Assembly: GCA_035221665.1 (NCBI GenBank) | Contig: CM069162.1 | Coordinates: forward strand, 9,548,001-9,612,000 | DNA: 64,000 nucleotides | Reading direction: 5' to 3' | Origin: Okamejei kenojei | Taxonomy: Eukaryota | In this document: positions 60,687 to 64,000 of the stretch, in pieces | Numbering within the stretch: position 1 is the stretch's first letter | Layout of the letters: each line of letters begins with the position of its first letter | Made by a program: the position numbers and the translations under genes | Notes under the pieces: generated by a model | The model's input: only the letters and a program-made list of their open reading frames with translations | Databases searched by the model: none | What the model was told of the DNA's origin: nothing

Positions 60687-63600
60687 TGTGCTAAGAGCAG
60701 GAAAATGGGACTAATTTAATACCTTTATCGAAGGACAGGTTTGACCAGGATCCCTACTGTTGCCAAAGTGGGCGTTTGCATGGGTATGCTTCTGTGAACC
60801 CCGTAACCATTTTGCCCGTATCATCCGCAAATTAGCCTTTATAGTGACTATTGGAGGTTAATCAGAAGTGATGATGATTCATCCTTAATCATTGACCAGA
60901 AATGTGCATTTTCAGCAAGTGAGGCTGGAGAGTAGCAAAGTCCTGGTCGAAATACCCAGCTAAAATCCACGAACTTGGCAAAATTTTGGTTTTCAGCCTG
61001 GGTCCTTCCTTATCAGTACGAGATACCGACCGGATATAATTCTAAATTAACAAAGCAACCGATAACCAAGTTTTTAATCAGTTCTTTTTAGCAGCAGTGA
61101 TTAATAAAAGGTTCATTTTGTATGCTTGGAACAATGCAGCATTTCCAAACTTTATTTTTTCTTTATTGACAGTTTTGTAATTACAGCCATATGTTCTTTT
61201 ATTCATGTTAGCTAACTGTTACTTAAATATTTAAAGATGAAACTGGCAGAGGTTTTTGTACGATGTCTGCTTTTGAGTTCTAGTACATAAATGCTCGCCA
61301 TAATATCTTTGTTGCACTGGCAATTGGTGCTGCTTTACCTTGCAGCAGCTGTCAGTCGTTACCATTACAATATTGTCTAACATCTGAATTAGTAATAGAC
61401 TGGCATCATGTAAAGAGTGGTAGAAAAGTTTAATAATTATATGGCTCTTATTAAATTAATTTAGAAGTAAATTCTAGCTCAGATACTCTGGGAAAGGTAT
61501 CTATTCAGACGTATCTAATATTTTTGTTTTGCTTTGCAATTATTTTAAATAGGCACTGAGGAAATGATTTCAGAAAGTGGAAAAAAAATCTAATACTGTA
61601 AAAAATGTAATTAGCCATGGAATTAACTAAAAAAATTAAGCTATTTACATGTCGATGCACTCATTTTCAAGTTATTACTGTTTTCTTCAATTCATTGGTG
61701 ATCTCCGTTGGTAAATGCAACTGAGTCTTATGTAATGAATGGTTGTGTGGCTGTTGATTATGTTGGGGTTGGCACCATAGAGGGTAGCAGGTGCATTCAA
61801 TGGTCAAAGTGACTTTTGCTACAAGATAATGCTCAGTGATATTCTTACTGTAAATTGTCAGAATGTTAAATCATGCATACTTGTGTCCATTTTGAAGTTG
61901 TCCCAAATTCCCAAAATTGAGATTCCCCCCTCCTTGTATTTTGTAAGCAAAAATAAGCTAAATTTAAACTTCAGATTTTTCTGTTATTGTATGACTGATA
62001 TGTTTAGAATATTGCACAAATGACTGAATATGATAATATCTAGACAAGGATATTTATAATATTATAAAACTAAGGGGTAAAATTGAACTGGTTAGTAATT
62101 ATAAGGATTGCTTCATGAATCATGTTTCATTTCCTCTTTTTAACTGCAGGAACTCTTTCTTGTGGTGTTTGTAGAGGTGTAAGATATTTCAGGAATCTTA
62201 CCTCTGGGTATTAGGGGGTTTACCTTAACTGTAGTAGATTGGCACATCATCTGGTCCAAATGGTGAATCATTTTGATTTCAGAGCTATTATTCTGTTGTT
62301 TAGTGATCAAAATACATAAGCTGTTGTGGCTACATCACAGTTGTTCAGTCTTGTCCCATGTAATTATGTATTAGAGCCCTGGTGATAAATTTTAATGTGT
62401 CAAACTGTCATTTCTTAAATATATTTTATTTCGTATTTACGTGCCGTCACTAATGAGGCCATTTCTATCTTGGCACTGTACGTCCCTCCCCAGACATTCC
62501 TGTTTTAACACATCAACCTTTTACATGGGGGGGAAAACTCAGGTTTGCAAAACCTAATTTAATGTACTACCTTTTCACCTCAATTCCTTACTGATACTGC
62601 TCAAGATGGATTGGGTAACTTTTAACAATTCACAGTAGCTATTATTTAAGAAATTAATAGTGGCCAATGTAGTTAAACCTTTTCTAATCAGATGTAAGAG
62701 TTGCTAGAAAATTCTCAATAGTGTGATCTTCTTGGCTTATTCTTCCTTCGTAACATTCCTCCCCTTCACCTCCCTCACCCCAATAATGTTTGGGTGTGCA
62801 TGACTGACCGCCATTCAATGGATAAATTTGAACGCCCATCGGAGAGATGGCCCTAAATTTAGTCATACGTTCCGATTGATAATAGTATTTGGCTAACATT
62901 TTTAACTAGGTTAATTTTCTTTTGATTAGCTGATGGTAGCATCAACTATCTTATTTTCAAAATATGATGTGTCATCATATATCAACAAATGGACATATAG
63001 CATACATTAAATTTGTAACGCCTTCCTTTTGTCTTTGTAAGCTTGTTTTCATTTGCTTGGTTTGTATTCAGTTTAATTTATTGCGTGAATTGTGTTTTTA
63101 AGAAATGGCAACATATTTGATGGAAATGTTAGCATTGGACTGTTTTCAGGTGAATATTTTGAGGAATACAGGCAATTTGTTTTTGTGGTCACATTGTTAG
63201 TTCTGGATTACATCTTTTTTTTTTTACCTTGGAAAGGTGCTTTATGTTCTTTTAAATCAAAGGCTTCCCCCATGGGCAGTGATTGGCAATTCAGAATCTG
63301 TTTACTGTAGAATGCATTTTGTATTTTCTTTCAAGTCACTTCCATAAAAGAGTGTATGTCTGAATTTTAAATTGCAGTTTTGGTTCTTAATGGGATCTAT
63401 TAAATGAGATTTGTGATTTTGGGTCAATGAATTTTCAATGAGCAGACATTTTGGTGCGCCCTTTTCTGATCGGCCACGGTTTATGAAATGCTTTATATTT
63501 GGGAAGAGAAGAAGAGATGGTTATTGGGGATGTTTTAAGTAAAAATAATTTCCACGATGATACCAACAGTTAATGTTGAATAGTCAGGATAATTTCCATT

Positions 63601-64000
63601 ATAGATGTTTCGATTAGTTCATTGTTGCTAATTAGTGAACAAGTTGCATCTGAAACATGTTCTTTTGATGGGATTAGTAATTGAATGAATAGAAATCCTG
63701 AAATTTCAAGCTTTATTGAACTTTTTAATGGAATTCATTAAAAATGAGATGAAAAGCTACTCTGCCATTTCTGTACTTTACATACAGTAATATAGCTGCA
63801 TAATTTATAACTAGATTATAGACCTCTTTGAAATGTGCGTAGTCTGGTGCTCTTGCTCATGAAGTGTCCTTTACTCCATTAAGATTAAAAAAGCAGATTT
63901 TCCCATTAAGAGAAATTTGTGATCTTTTCCAGTGTTTTAATGGACTGACAAGCCTGCCTGTCTACTGTAATGTTGCAGTCTTGTTTATAAAATTGTTGCC

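Noticed and set aside
61771-61790. Second CTCF-like motif CCATAGAGGGTAGCA
   Set aside because: Several mismatches at core positions.

Overview
AT-rich, repeat-dense vertebrate DNA. The repeat content (HE1/V-SINE-like SINEs, CR1 and Rex/Babar LINE debris, many Penelope 3'-end fragments) suggests a cartilaginous fish, probably a skate or ray; this is inference. There is no intact long CDS, and nearly all listed ORFs are noise or transposon debris. A few + strand splice-site-bounded exon candidates (14805, 15821, 21798) and a TE-free AU-rich block at about 21.8-25.5 kb suggest the 3' end of an unidentified gene, followed by intergenic or intronic DNA. Well-bounded mobile elements are a full-length decayed Tc1 (38094-39725), hAT-like MITEs (18542-19199, 28760-29189), a Harbinger-like MITE (45200-45706), an internally deleted Rex/Babar LINE with a 17-bp TSD (8273-9986) and a Helitron-like element (about 59.8-60.7 kb). 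The main finding is a 140-bp TSD-flanked retroposon (1283-1422, minus strand) whose first 53 nt fold into a minimal HDV-like self-cleaving ribozyme starting exactly at the insertion boundary. A second structured 164-bp retroposon lies at 36792-36955. About 18 Penelope-derived inserts, many of them hairpin-shaped, occur across the window; several carry minimal hammerhead motifs, and the core is intact at 35678-35730. Boundaries of old repeats are approximate, and all folds were derived by eye.
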